A DNA stretch of 59,396 bases, counting the filler, from Fonticula-like sp. SCN 57-25 (lineage: Eukaryota): the NCBI GenBank assembly GCA_001724245.1. It is 10 parts of 10 records of this genome, joined end to end, with 100 filler letters (N's around TTAATTAATTAA, not from the genome) between each part and the next. Parts side by side here need not be neighbours in the genome. Positions count along the whole stretch, not along the records: positions 1 to 5,382 come from MEDX01000628.1; positions 5,483 to 10,582 come from MEDX01000629.1; positions 10,683 to 16,832 come from MEDX01000630.1; 7 more parts are not named here. One strand, 5' to 3'. Every line of letters begins with the position of its first letter. The first letter of the stretch is position 1. Below the pieces are notes generated by a model. The model did no database searches. It saw only the letters and a program-made list of their open reading frames with translations, and was not told the origin of the DNA. Below are positions 1-12,012 of the stretch, one piece after another. Both the position numbers and the translations under genes were made by a program.

Positions 1-2
1 CC

Positions 3-71
3 ACGGGCACCTCTGCCCAGCCCAGCGCGTCTGGCAAGGCCACTCAGCGTCCTTCCAAGAAGGCTCTGTAA
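3..71 (+). CDS. C-terminal fragment of an unknown protein ending ...GKATQRPSKKAL (KKxx ER-retrieval-like end)
   Basis: Open GC3-rich frame from the contig edge to TAA at 69-71, followed by AT-rich 3' sequence with AATAAA. Too short to identify. Confidence 0.4.
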   Translation, partial: TGTSAQPSASGKATQRPSKKAL

Positions 72-240
72 ATTTTTCATCATTCTCTCCATGTAAAGGA
101 CGGCGGACATTAGTTCATCGAATGAATAAAAATACACTATTGTAGTCATACAGAACATCAGAATAATGTACAAGGAAAAAAGTGCTAGCTGTCCACCATG
201 CAAGAAAGGCTGCGCTTGCTATGGTCCACACACATCATTA

Positions 241-1396
241 TTAGGCGGTCCACCCCGCTAGGGAGGCAATGCTTGCCATGGCCCAGGCTTGTCCAACGCG
301 CGACTCGAGCCTCTTTCTCAATGCGCTTGCCTCGCCGTCCGTCAGCATGGCCACCGTTCGCTGTTTACAAGTTTACAAGCAGGTTAATAGCTATAACATC
401 AGTGCCAAGCTACGCACCGGCTCTTCAGATCTTCGTCCCGAAAGAATGTCGACAAGAGGCTGCATCAATGCGCTCACCTTTTTCTTCTGCTCGGACGGTA
501 GCCACTGAATGCGATCTTTCAGCGCCGCCATCGAGAAAATGAGGTCGAGCAGAGCCTCTTCCAACGCCTCCACCGGCATCTGTTCGTCAACAGCAAGGCT
601 CGGAGACACCGCTGCACTTCGCCATTCGCTTTGCTCAACACAGTAAAACCGAGCATGAAGGTTGCTTGTGGCTGTGTCGAACCCGTTAGAACTGGAATCA
701 CAAAAGGTTAAATGAGCGCGCACAAAGACAAAGGGCCACAAAAGGCGCAGACTCTTTATCCGAGTAAAGACTATCATAGTTCAAATGCCGCGATAGGTCG
801 CGGGGCCCTAGCCGCAGCGGGGAGCTGGAGCTGTACGAAAAATACCAGCCCACGATCACCTGGCGGGAAGCGGCGACACTTTGAAGAGTGGCGTTGTCCG
901 CAACGGGGGCGTCGTCGTTTTCGCTCGATGATATATAACAGGGGTACGCGCGCAACACGCACAATTCTGTCAACATGTCAGATGTAGTAGAAGACCAGAA
1001 AATATGCGTACGCCTTGTCGTTGCATCCCAGACGCCGCTCAGGAAGCCCGTCACAGGGCCAGCACAGAGGCGACCGTGAAGGTCGGCAAGAGCCAGCGCG
1101 TTCGCTTCCACATGCAAGCTGAATGACGCAGGTAAAAGAGAGTCCCCCGGAGAAGATGCTCTCTTGTCGACCAAACTCGTCATCATCGGTACGTTGGGAT
1201 CGCCGCCTCGGCGCTGCGGGCGGGACGCTTTCCGGCGATTTGGCGAAATGTGCCGCTCCACAGTAGCAGGGGGCGCGTCAACGTCGTCGCTAAAATCGAG
1301 CTCAAACATTCGCCTTTTGGGGTTTACGTTGTAAGCCAACTCATCCTCGCTGGCGTCGTCCTCAGCATCGCCCGGCGAACGGCCCCGCAGCATCAT
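241..1396 (-). CDS. MPN-domain protein, MPND/MYSM1-like, with a degenerate JAMM motif (multi-exon)
   Basis: FSLHVEANALALADLHGRLC, VTGFLSGVWD, LCVLRAYPC, IVGWYFSY and PFVALC follow the MPND-type MPN domain order. In-frame 45-nt intron at 967-1011 (GTACGC...CTGAC...CAG). Two further short introns join ORFs 698..1546 and 391..777 to a last exon ending at TAA 241-243. Confidence 0.7.
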
Positions 1397-1900
1397 CGTA
1401 TACTGCAATTTTTGGCGGCAAAATTCAAATCTTGAGGGGCAGTGAACGTTTCCACAGGCAAAGATCCATAGAGTCAGGGTGAAAAGGTAATCAATTAAAC
1501 GGCAGCTGTGAGGCGTTTCCAGACGTCCCTTTAGCGCTTGCTGCAATAGCCCGCTAGAGGCTCATCGTCCAGCCTGTCGAGAACTCTTGCTGCAGTCCTG
1601 CAAAGCTTTCTGACGACCGTCAGGGCAAGAGTGATCACAGGCTGACGAACCACTTGGCCACCGGAAGCGGGGTGTACCCAATTTGGCCCCCCTCGGTCGA
1701 AACTTCTTTTGTCGCGTCGGGTACACAGGAGAAGGAAAAAAGAGCGCACATCAGCAAGAGGCGAGGATTATACAGAGGTAGGAGCGATCGAGCTTTCTTT
1801 CTCTGCCTTTCTTTCTTGCGTTGTCGTCCTTTTATAAGAGGCCAGCTTTTTTGCTTTTCGCTTCTTTGGCCTTGACGGGCGTTCTTTCCTCGGCATCACG

Positions 1901-4900
1901 ATGAGCGCCGACGCATGCTACGCCATCTTCAACTATGAGGAGGAAGTCGAGCCGACCGTGAACGAGCTCCGCACTCAGTTGGAGAAGGGCGATGACCACA
2001 CCAAGATTATGGCCATGAAGTCGATTCTGGGCCAGAATCTGAGCGGTGAGACGCTCTCGATGTTGCTGATGCACGTCTTGCGCTTCGTCATGCCCAACAA
2101 GAACAAGATCCTCAAGAAGCTTTTGCTGCTTTACTACGAGATCGTTCCCAAGAAGAACCCCGACGGCAAGCTGAAGCAGGAGTTTATTCTTATTTGGTGC
2201 GCTTTGTTTTCTTTCTCGTTTGCCTCGAAACTAACCTCCGACACTCGGTTAACCTCCTCCGACAGCAATGCTCTCCGTAATGATCTGCAGCATCCCAATG
2301 AGTACGTCCGCGGCTCCACGCTTCGTTTCCTTTGCAAGCTCCACGAAACAGAGGTGCTCGAGCCCTGCATCCCGAGCATCCGCCAGAACCTCGTGCGTCC
2401 CGCTCTTTCTGACCCTTCACCCGTAGTTAACCGGCCCCTGTACTATAGGAGCACCGGCATCCGTACGTGAAGAAGAACGCTGTCCTTGCGATCTATTCCA
2501 TCTACCGCTTCAATGAGAATCTTATTCCGGACGCGCCGAACCTTGTGCACGAGTACTTGAAGGTCGAGACTGACATGAGCTGCCGGCGCAACGCGTTCGT
2601 CATGCTGTCCAACACGAACACTGAGCTGGCCCTCGACTACCTTTTGAGCGTCGTTGATCAGGTGCTGAGTTACAGCGACTCGTTCCAGCTCCTCGCCGTC
2701 GAGCTTATTCGCAAGGTGGCGCGCACGAATCCGTCGGAGCGCGGACTTTTCGTCAAGCTCATCCTCTCGCTTCTCAACTCGACCTCGCACGTCGTCAAGT
2801 ACGATGCTGCGGCCACGCTCCTCACTATCACGTCGGCGCCGTCGGCCATTCGTGGTGCGTATTGCCGTTTGCATCCGTCCAATTTGACTAATGACCTTTG
2901 CAGCTGCGTCCTCGTGCTACATCAATCTGATTGTGCGCGAGAGCGACAACAACGTGAAGCTCATCGCGCTCGACCGCGTCGGCGAGATGATCCAGCGCTT
3001 CCCCAAGATGCTCGATGACCAGGTCATGGACCTTATGCGCGTGCTCGCCACACCCGACATTGAAGTTCGCGTCAAGACCCTTTCCACCGCCATGGAGCTC
3101 GTATCTGTTCGCAACGCATCGGACATGATCGCCTTTTTGAAGAAGGAAATTAACAAGACGCAGGAGGAGGACTTTGAAAAGGTGCGCTCTTTTGTCTCTG
3201 GTTTGTGGGCCTCTCTGACGTAGTGTTTGCTGCTCAGAATGCCGAGTACCGCCAAGCTCTCGTGGCCTCGATCCACCAGCTTGCGATCCGGTTCCCCCAG
3301 ACCGCGTCGTCCGTGGTGCACGCCCTGATGGAGTTTATCGGCGATGCGTCGTCGGAAGCCGCCGAAGGCGTCGTCGCGTTTGTCCGCGAAGTGATGGAGC
3401 GCCTCCCGCAGCTGCGCACAGAGCTGACTGCACGCCTGCTGGCGTCGTTCACCGACATTCGTCACCCCCGCGTGTTCCGCGGCGTCCTCTGGATCATTGG
3501 CGAGTACTGCCAGGACAGCTCGGCCATTCAGTCTGCCATGGCTGCGCTCCGCGCGTCCATCGGTGAAGTCCCGATTGTCGCTTCCGAGCAGCGCGAGGCC
3601 GAGCGCCGCGCCGCCGCCGACGCGGCTGCGAATGAGGAGGCAGCCGGCTCGGAGAAGCCCGCTGCGCCTACGGTCATCTCGCGCGTTGCCGTTCTTGCCG
3701 ACGGCACCTACGCGACGCAGACTGCGCTTTCAGAGCCCGCCGGTGGCCGCGGCGCGACGTCGACTGCCGCTGCCAATGGTCTCAGCCGCACCCCGATCCG
3801 CTCGCTGATTCTCGGCGGCGACTACTACCTCGCGGTGGCGCTGTCCAACTGCCTTGTCAAGCTTGCGCTCCGCCTCGCGTCGCTGGCCACCGACGGCCCG
3901 ACTGCGGAGAGCAATGCTTTCTCGGCCGAGGCTGCGCTCATTATGGCGAGCCTGCTGCGCGCCGGCAAGTCAGAGTTTGCGGCGCAGCCAATCGACGCGG
4001 ACAGCTACGAGCGCATTAGTGCTTGCCTGCGCGTCCTGCTGGAGCCGTCCGAGGTGACCGAGAAGGTGTTTTTGGAGCAGTGCCGTGCCGCGTTTGCGGC
4101 TCTCCTCAAGGACGAGCAGGCGGCGATCGATGCGCTCAACGGCGGCGACAGCACGAATGGCGCTGCCAAGAAGCGCGCCGAGACGACCATCTCGTTCCGC
4201 CACCTCAAGCCGCGCCGCAGCGGGGCGTCGGTCCTCGAGGACGACTATGAGGATCAGTACGAGGTGGACCTGAGCAAGGCGACCGGCAGCGGCGAGCGCC
4301 CCGACGACCTCGTGTCCAAGCTGAACCGCGTGGTTCAGCTGACGGGCCACAGCGACCCGGTGTACGCCGAGGCCTTTGTCGTGGTGCAGCAGTACGATAT
4401 TCTGCTCGACATCCTCGTCGTCAACCAGACGAACGAGACGCTGCAGAATGTGAACCTCGAGCTGTCGACGCTCGGCGACCTCAAGCTGACAGAGCGGCCA
4501 TCGTCGCACACGCTCGCGCCGCACGACTTTTTCAACATCAAGACCGTCATCAAGGTGACGTCGACAGAGACTGGAATCATCTTTGGCAACCTTGTGTACG
4601 ACACAACGACCGCCTCGGACAGCCACGTGGTGGTCCTCAACGACATTCACATTGACATTATGGACTACATCCACCCCGGCAAGTGCACTGAGGCGCAGTT
4701 CCGCGCAATGTGGGCGGAGTTTGAGTGGGAGAACAAGATCATTGTCGCGTCGGAGGTCATGAGCCTGCGCGACTACCTCAACCACCTCCTTTCAAAGACG
4801 AATATGCGCTGCCTCACGCCAGAGTCCGCCCTCGCCGGCGAGTGCGGCTTCCTCGCAGCCAACCTCTACGCGCGGAGCAGCTTTGGCGAGGACGCCCTCG

Positions 4901-5031
4901 CCAACGTCTCGCTCGAGCAGAACACAACGACCGGAAAGATCAACGGCCACGTCCGCATTCGCAGCAAGACGCAGGGCATCGCGCTCAGCCTCGGCGACAA
5001 ATTCGCGCAGTCATTGCAGGTGAAGGCGTAA
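1901..5031 (+). CDS. COPB1: Coatomer subunit beta (beta-COP/Sec26), 5 exons
   Basis: Motifs LRNDLQHPNEYVRGSTLRFLCKL, EHRHPYVKKNA, VLADGTYATQTA, QLTGHSDPVYAEA, FRAMWAEFEWENK, GHVRIRSKTQGIALSLGDK. Four short GTGCG...AG introns join the ORFs. Confidence 0.98.
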
Positions 5032-5382
5032 GCAGAGGACTTTAAGCGTCTCTTTCGGTTGTTTGTCATTCATTTCTCTTTACTTTCGTACATGCTTCCA
5101 CGTTACAATATAAAAATTTACCCTTCTGACATCCCGTGCTTTGTACACGCATGCCGCCAGCTGTCCGCGCCGGCCGTCCATTCAGAGAATGTTGAGAAAA
5201 TTTATTAGAGAAAGTAGTAGGGATACTGTACATAGTAGAAGGGCAGAATTCAAAAGGAAGCGTTTAATAGGCCGCCAGCCCGGCGCAATCACACGTGGCG
5301 CAGAACCGACTCGGCGCCTCCCAGCTGTTGTTGCAAAGCAAGCCGCGTTTAGTACTTTGATGAGCGTTGCGGATGCCACGAG

Positions 5383-5482
5383 NNNNNNNNNNNNNNNNNN
5401 NNNNNNNNNNNNNNNNNNNNNNNNNNTTAATTAATTAANNNNNNNNNNNNNNNNNNNNNNNNNNNNNNNNNNNNNNNNNNNN
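5383..5482. other. Artificial contig linker (44N + TTAATTAATTAA + 44N)
   Basis: Identical 100-bp spacer occurs nine times; it has stops in all six frames. Confidence 0.99.
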
Positions 5483-6180
5483 TATTTTCACCAGTTGTGG
5501 CGGACAAGGCCGAGCTTGCGGCACTGCAAACTGCCGACTATCTTGCACAAAAGGATCAACTGATCGCCCAATCAAAGCGACTTGAACAACTTTTGCCGCT
5601 TCTTGACAGATATCAAAAGACGCTTCGCAAGCTACAGACTTCACTTTCCACTTCAGGGCTTGCCGAGCTGCGCGGCGACGTCTTTCACCAGTGGCTGTTT
5701 GACTTTGGTCTCGGTAAACTGCAAACTGCTTTGCGCGACCATGATGGCAACGACTGTGAAGGCAGCGTGCTCCTCCATAACAATGTGACAAGCATGATGA
5801 TGCAGGACAAATTGAGTTTTAATGACGCAGCGCACCTTTTACTTTACGGGTTTATTGCGCACCGCAGCGCAAATCCGTACGAGACAGTATTTGCGCTGCA
5901 AAGGAGTGTCTTGTTTTGGAACGTTGGGCCAATCGCAGATTGGATTGAATCGTTGGAGCATCCGTATGAATGCCTGAAGGATGCGGGATGGACTGGGGCG
6001 GCGCTGTGCTCGCTGTCGCCAATGATGGTGGTGAATGCGAGTAAGGGGGAGATGAAGACGCAGCAGGCGAACAAGTTTATTAGGATGGTGGGTGACATGA
6101 GGAGGAGGGAGGATGGCGAGATGGAGCCGTGGGTGATTCATTGGACGGGTTCGAGCACCATCGATAATCAAACGATGTAG
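5483..6180 (+). CDS. Hypothetical protein, 5'-truncated; coiled coil followed by possible SAM-like helical domains
   Basis: 227-aa ORF open from the contig edge. SVLFWNVGPIADWIESL...GWTGAALCSLS and FHQWLFDFGLGKL resemble SAM-domain patterns only loosely. Confidence 0.55.
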
Positions 6181-6716
6181 ATAATAGTTTTGTATCATTA
6201 AGCTTATGTAATACACATATTTGTACTGAATTGTCCCTTTTTTTGGTTTTTTCTTTCACAAACTATGGTCATGCTCGACATTGACCGCCGAGCATCGCGC
6301 CGAGGCCGATCCCGCATGCGCATGAGCACATGATGCACTTACCACCCAATACAAAATGTCTCTTTTAACGCAATACCAAGCTCTTGTTGACCCTCTTTTC
6401 GCCGCCACACTCGCGCCTGCGCCATGCCGCGCACAGCAACGCGCGGGCCAAGCATCCCGCCCCTCCCATTCCATCGACCACTCGATCAACATGTTCGTTC
6501 TCATTGGTCAGCTGGCCAGCCAATCACATTCCTCGAAAGACCCGCTTTGTGTTCCCGCGCCCATCGCCCCCTCGCCGCCCGCATCTGCACGCGAGTGACT
6601 GGACCCAGTGCCTTGTTCCGCGCGGGACGAGTCGAACGGCGCAGCGCGCACGAGAAGGAGAAGAAGACACGCTTTTGCGCCTCTTTTTGTAGTTTTTCGA
6701 TTTTGCGGCAGTCGTC

Positions 6717-9700
6717 ATGGCGCGTGCGTCAATCTTTTCTTTTCTTTTTGCAGCTGATTGGGTTGACCGGCATTTGATCTGACTCCTTTTTTTTTCCTTT
6801 TTATAGACATAAATTTTACTGCTGCGCGCAGGAAAACGCAGTCGGCCATTGCCGATGAGCTTTCTTCCATGTACGCCGACTGGATCGCGAATGTCCTCGG
6901 GTCTCCCCTCCCCCCCCCCGGCGCGAGCGATCTCCCCGCCGCCCTCAAGGATGGCGTCGTCCTGTGCGAGCTCATCAACAAGATCCGCCCCGACGCCGTC
7001 AAGCGCATCAAGCGCGGCGGCAACGCCATCAGCTCTGTCGAAAACGTCGATGCCTTTATCGCCGCCTGCGTTGACCTCGGCATCAAGGATCCCTTCAGCA
7101 CCAACGATCTGATTGCGCATTCCGACGTGCTAAAGATCGCCATCACGCTCGAGTCGCTCCGCTTCTTTGCCGAAAAGCAGCACCCGCACCTTGAAAAGTT
7201 TTCAATCCCGACCGTCAACGATGTCCGCCGATCCCTTTCCGGCGGCAGCGGCGGCAGCATCGCCAGGCCAACCCTGCTTCGAGATGCCTTTCAAGCCCCG
7301 CCATCGCCATCAGACAAGCAGATCCCGAGCCAGATCCCGAGCTCCGACGTCGAGCAAAAGCAGCCAGCAGCTGCCCACGTGGCCACACCGACCGACTCGA
7401 ACGTGACTGTCACGCCCAAGCGCGCCTATACTGTCACGCGCGTCGCCAGTACTAGGGCAGTCAACGCAGAAGCCGCAGAGCACAAACTGGCAGAAGAGAG
7501 CGGGCCACGTGGTGACAAGAAGGACGAGAGTGTGTCACGTGACGAGAAACAAGATGATGGACCACGTGGACCAAGCGAGCCCGTTTCGCCTACGCGCTCG
7601 TCAGAGTCACTCAAGGATGTCGCCCGTGCAGCATCAACCGAATCATTGGCATCATCCGGGCCACGTGGTTCAACCGACTCCCTGACCTCTCCTGGGCCAC
7701 GTGGTTCATCCGAGTCCCTCAACCGCGACACTCCCAACCCACGTGGCTCTTCCGAGTCGCTCGACCAGCCCCGCCGCGCCTCCTTCGACACCCCTTCCAA
7801 CCCACGTGGTTCATCCGAATCTTTGACTGCATTACCCGCACCACGTGGCCTCCCCTCTGCCCCCGACTCTGCCCCCAACTCCCTCCCGAAAGCCCCCGTT
7901 CTCCCGCCGATCCCCACGGGCGCCCCCCGATCGGGCAGCTTTACCGGCGTGCCAACCCAGCCGGCCCTTCCTCCCCCTCTGACGTCATCAGTGACGTCAT
8001 CATCAGTGACGTCATCACCCGCGAAGCCGCCCGCGCCGTACGTCCCCTCGACGCTGCTCGGCCGCAAGTCGTCCTATGTCGACGACGCCGTCCTCGCCGC
8101 CCGCCGACGTGGCAGCGCGCCATTGGACGACGCGCAATCGGACGTGATCGACGACGTCGTAACGGTCAACCCCGTGGCCCTTCGCAAACTGTCTTTGGTA
8201 GATGCACCGGATCTTGCATCTCGGATGGCGAGCCTGCCAGTATCAGCCCCAATAGTTCCAGTATCAGCCCCTGTATCTGCCCCTGTATCTGCCCCTGCAT
8301 CCGGTGGCAGTCCCCGTATGGTGCGCGCCGCTCTTCCGCCGCCCCTCAAGAGCGACGAAGTGGTCACTGCGTCGCCATTGGCCATGCGCAGATTTAACGC
8401 TCGCCCATTGGCCAATAATGTGGCGGATGCGCCAATCAGGCTCGTTGTCGGTGGCGTCTCTATCGAACGACGCACTACTAGTAGTACTAGTACTAGTACA
8501 AGTATGGCATCGGATGTACCACCAAGGCCCACGTGGACACACAAGGAACCTTCCCCTCTCGATACAAGCGACACGTGCCCACGTGCAGTGACGTCATCAG
8601 AATTTACTCCCATTCGCCAAGACGAGCTCCCATTGGTCCGCGACACTGTCCTGCGCATCCTCTATCAGCCCTCCCCCCCCATTGGCTGGTTCTTTGGCGA
8701 GCTCCTATTGGACAATAATTCCACCACAAACAAGCGAGGCTGGTTCCCATCCTCCCACGTGGCCATATTCACCGAACGACCACGTGGCACCCCCACCCCC
8801 ATGTCCCCTTATATGTCGCCCACTTTGGCGGGAACACCCGGTAGCCCAGGCGGCACCAACCTAGACGACGTCCGATTGGCCGTCAAGCAAGCACGTGCCC
8901 GGTCGGTTTCGCAGTCGGTTTCATCACCAGCCAATAAGGTGCTTACAATGGAACGCATAGGCAGCGTATCGACACAGCGTATGTGGCGTGATACAGTTGA
9001 CCCTATATTACTTGACCATTTAAGTGAAAGGGAAAAGAAGCGGCAAGAGGCTTTGTATGAGTTGATAAGTACAGAAGAGGATTATTTGAGGGATTTGGGG
9101 ATTATTATTGATACGTTTCGGGGTCCGTTGGTGGCGAGGAGGATTGTGAGTGATAAGGAGGTGGCGGCGATGTTTTCGAATGTGGATATGCTGAGGAAGG
9201 TTCACGAGGTACGTGAAGAGAAGGGGGGAATATGGGAAGGAGAAGGGAAAGTGAATGTATGGTAGTATATGGTAGTGTAGTGTGTATGATAGTGTATAGT
9301 GTATAATGTATGATGTATGGGATATGATAGTATATGGTATGGTATCATGATGTATGGTATGACATCATGTATGTGTATGATGTATGGTGTATGGTAGTGT
9401 ATGATGTATGGTGATGATGGTGTGATGATGGTATGATGATGTATGGTCACGTGATGTATGATAGTTCATGATGATGTATGGTAGTGTATGTATGGTAGTT
9501 TATGTATGGTAGTGTATGCCATATGGTATATGATCACGTGATCATATGCTATGGTATGGTAGTGGGTATGGTATGACACTGTATGGTAGTGTATGATGTA
9601 TTGTGTATGTGTATGATAGTGTATGATGAATGATGTATCATGTATGGTATATGATCACGTGTGTATGGTAGTATATGATATGGCCACGTGTGTATGATAG

Positions 9701-10582
9701 TGTATGTTAGTGTATGACACTGTATGGTAGTGTATGACCATGATACTGTATGATACCCTATGTCATATGCTGACATGGCATGACACACCATTTGATTGTT
9801 TCTCTCTTTTCTCTCTTTTCTCTCTTTCTTCTCTCTTTTCTCTCTTTTCCTTCTCTTTTCCTTCCATTCCCTTCTATTCCCTTCCACTCACCCTCTTACT
9901 CTCCATAGCAACTCAACAATCGCCTACAATCCCGCCTGTCCCTCTCCTCCCTCATCCCCTCAATCGGCGACGACTTTTCCACCCTCGTCGACTACATGAA
10001 GATCTACACCTCCTACTGCGCCAACCACGCCGAAGCCACGGCCACGTACACGGCCATCAAAAAAGGCAAAAATGCAAAATCATTCCAGAAGTTCGAAGAA
10101 GAATCATTCCGGAATCCCACATGTCGCATGCTTGATTTAGCCTCTTTTTTACTAAAGCCAGTCCAGCGTATCTGTAAATATCCACTACTGCTTCGTGAGA
10201 TTATCAAACACACACCTGATAATCATCGTGATAGGGCATGTTTGGAAAGTGCGTATAAGAGCATTGAATTGATAGTGAATGGCGTGAATGAATATACAAG
10301 GCAGTTGGATAATAGCCGTATTGTGCTTGATATTCAAAAGAGGTTTGTCGAAAAGATTATATTGTATTTAGGGCCGCCAAGGAATCCACGTGTTTACTTG
10401 GGTGAGGAAATGGTATTGTGTTGTGACCACGTGGATGGTGAGAAGAAGGGAAAAAAGAATGAGTCAGCAAGAGTGTTGATATTGTTTGATGATTTGTTGG
10501 TGGTGGGAAAGGGCGTGGGAAGTGGGGGGGAAAAGACAATGATGGAGAGGTTGGAGATTGTGGGGATTATGAGGATTGATGA
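6717..10582 (+). CDS. Dbl-family RhoGEF with CH - low-complexity linker - SH3 - DH - PH architecture, 3'-truncated
   Basis: CH (LKDGVVLCELINKIRP...ENVDAFIAAC), SH3 (DELPL...GWFFG...RGWFPSSHV), DH (KRQEALYELISTEEDYLRDL; LDLASFLLKPVQRICKYPLLLREIIKHTP), start of PH (LILFDDLLVV). Introns at 6724-6806 and 9209-9908 keep the frame. Confidence 0.92.
7501..7850 (+). repeat. Degenerate coding repeats (G/N)PRG(S/P)S(E/D)SL built on CCACGTGG
   Basis: CACGTG at 7506, 7536, 7563, 7662, 7698, 7740, 7803 and 7842; the peptide repeat is visible in ORF 6869..9265. Confidence 0.85.
9258..9790. repeat. Degenerate TATG/GTAT/TGA low-complexity tract filling a 700-nt intron
   Basis: Almost C-free G/T/A simple repeats inside intron 9209-9908, followed by a CT-rich tract to the acceptor. 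Confidence 0.9.
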
Positions 10583-10682
10583 NNNNNNNNNNNNNNNNNN
10601 NNNNNNNNNNNNNNNNNNNNNNNNNNTTAATTAATTAANNNNNNNNNNNNNNNNNNNNNNNNNNNNNNNNNNNNNNNNNNNN
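10583..10682. other. Artificial contig linker
   Basis: 44N + TTAATTAATTAA + 44N. Confidence 0.99.
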
Positions 10683-11807
10683 AGACATTGAACATGATAA
10701 GGCGCTACACAGGCGTGTGGCAGCATTGCAGTTCATTCAAAAGTCGCATTTGGACATTACGCTGCCCGACTCGGCCGTCGACGACACGCTGATCGCCATG
10801 GTCAGGGAAGGTGCGACGCCATTGGTTGTGAGGGTAAAGTGCTGACACACGGTTGTAGAGCTTAAGCGCATGCGGCAGTACAAGACGCCGGCTGACAAGC
10901 TCGCTGTTCTCATTGGCTGCTGCATGAACGTCCTCAGTGCGTCTATTTTAATGAAATATCACCTTTTTGACTCACTTTTGATACCTTTTTGCTGCTTTTT
11001 GATACTTTTCGATGCCCTTTTTACATAGATTTACTTTCGCATACGGACCGGAAACGCCTCGCCGGCGCCGACGACTTTTTGCCAATGCTCATCTTTGTTC
11101 TGCTAAAGACCAACGTCGAGCAGCTGTACAGTAATGTCCAGTGCGTCCCCGCCGCCCTTTCCCGCCATTTATTAACCGCATTCCGTAGTTATATTCAGCG
11201 GTACCGCTACGCCGCAAAGATGCACGACGAGGCGGGGTATTACTTTACTTCAGTGCTCACCGCCGTCGCTTTTCTCGAAACGGCCGACGCCGCAGCGCTT
11301 TCCGTCGACCCAGACGAGTTTACAAAGTGCGCACTTTTTGACCCTTTTTCGTCCATTTTTGACCCTTTTCTGTCTTTAAATTCGATTCTAATATGATTTT
11401 TGTGTATTTTTAGGCAATTTCAGGCACTTGATTTGCAGTACAAGCGCGACGCAGTTGAGCCGCCGCCCTCACCCGTCATCGAAGACCTTGCCTTTTCGCT
11501 TCCGCACGCCGCCGCGACACTTCCAATGCTGCCGCCACGTGCGCCCTTGTCGTCCCAAAGCCGCTCGGCATCGCCGCCGCCCGCCATCAACATGCACTTG
11601 TACCACTTGCTGCCGGCGTACGCGACGCCAGATGATGTGGCCGAGCTGATCAAGGCGTACCGCGCGATGGTCGATCACGTGCACCGGGGATCGCCGATGT
11701 TGAGGGCGATTGGGGAAGGTGGCTTGGGGGGGCAGGACGAGGGGAGGGAAAGGGGGCCGGCGCTGAGTGCGCCAACGGCGTCGACGGACGACATGTTAAA
11801 ACAGTAA
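10683..11807 (+). CDS. VPS9-domain Rab5-family GEF, 5'-truncated, multi-exon
   Basis: ELKRMRQYKTPADKLAVLIGCC, AGADDFLPMLIFVLLK, LYSN..YIQRYR and EAGYYFTSVLTAVAFLE are VPS9 signatures; four short introns. Confidence 0.93.
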
Positions 11808-12012
11808 TCCTTTCAGTTTTGTGTACCAATAAAAATGTCGCTCTGCAATAGACATGTTTATGCGTGTTCATACATTATATACTCTTGTCCATACACATTA
11901 CTATCAGAATGAACTTTGCCGTACATGTATCATCAGACTTGAAACTCCTTTCAGCTGCCCATCAGTCGATGACAGATTGCACAATCAGCCCCGGACTCTT
12001 GGGTGAGTGACG

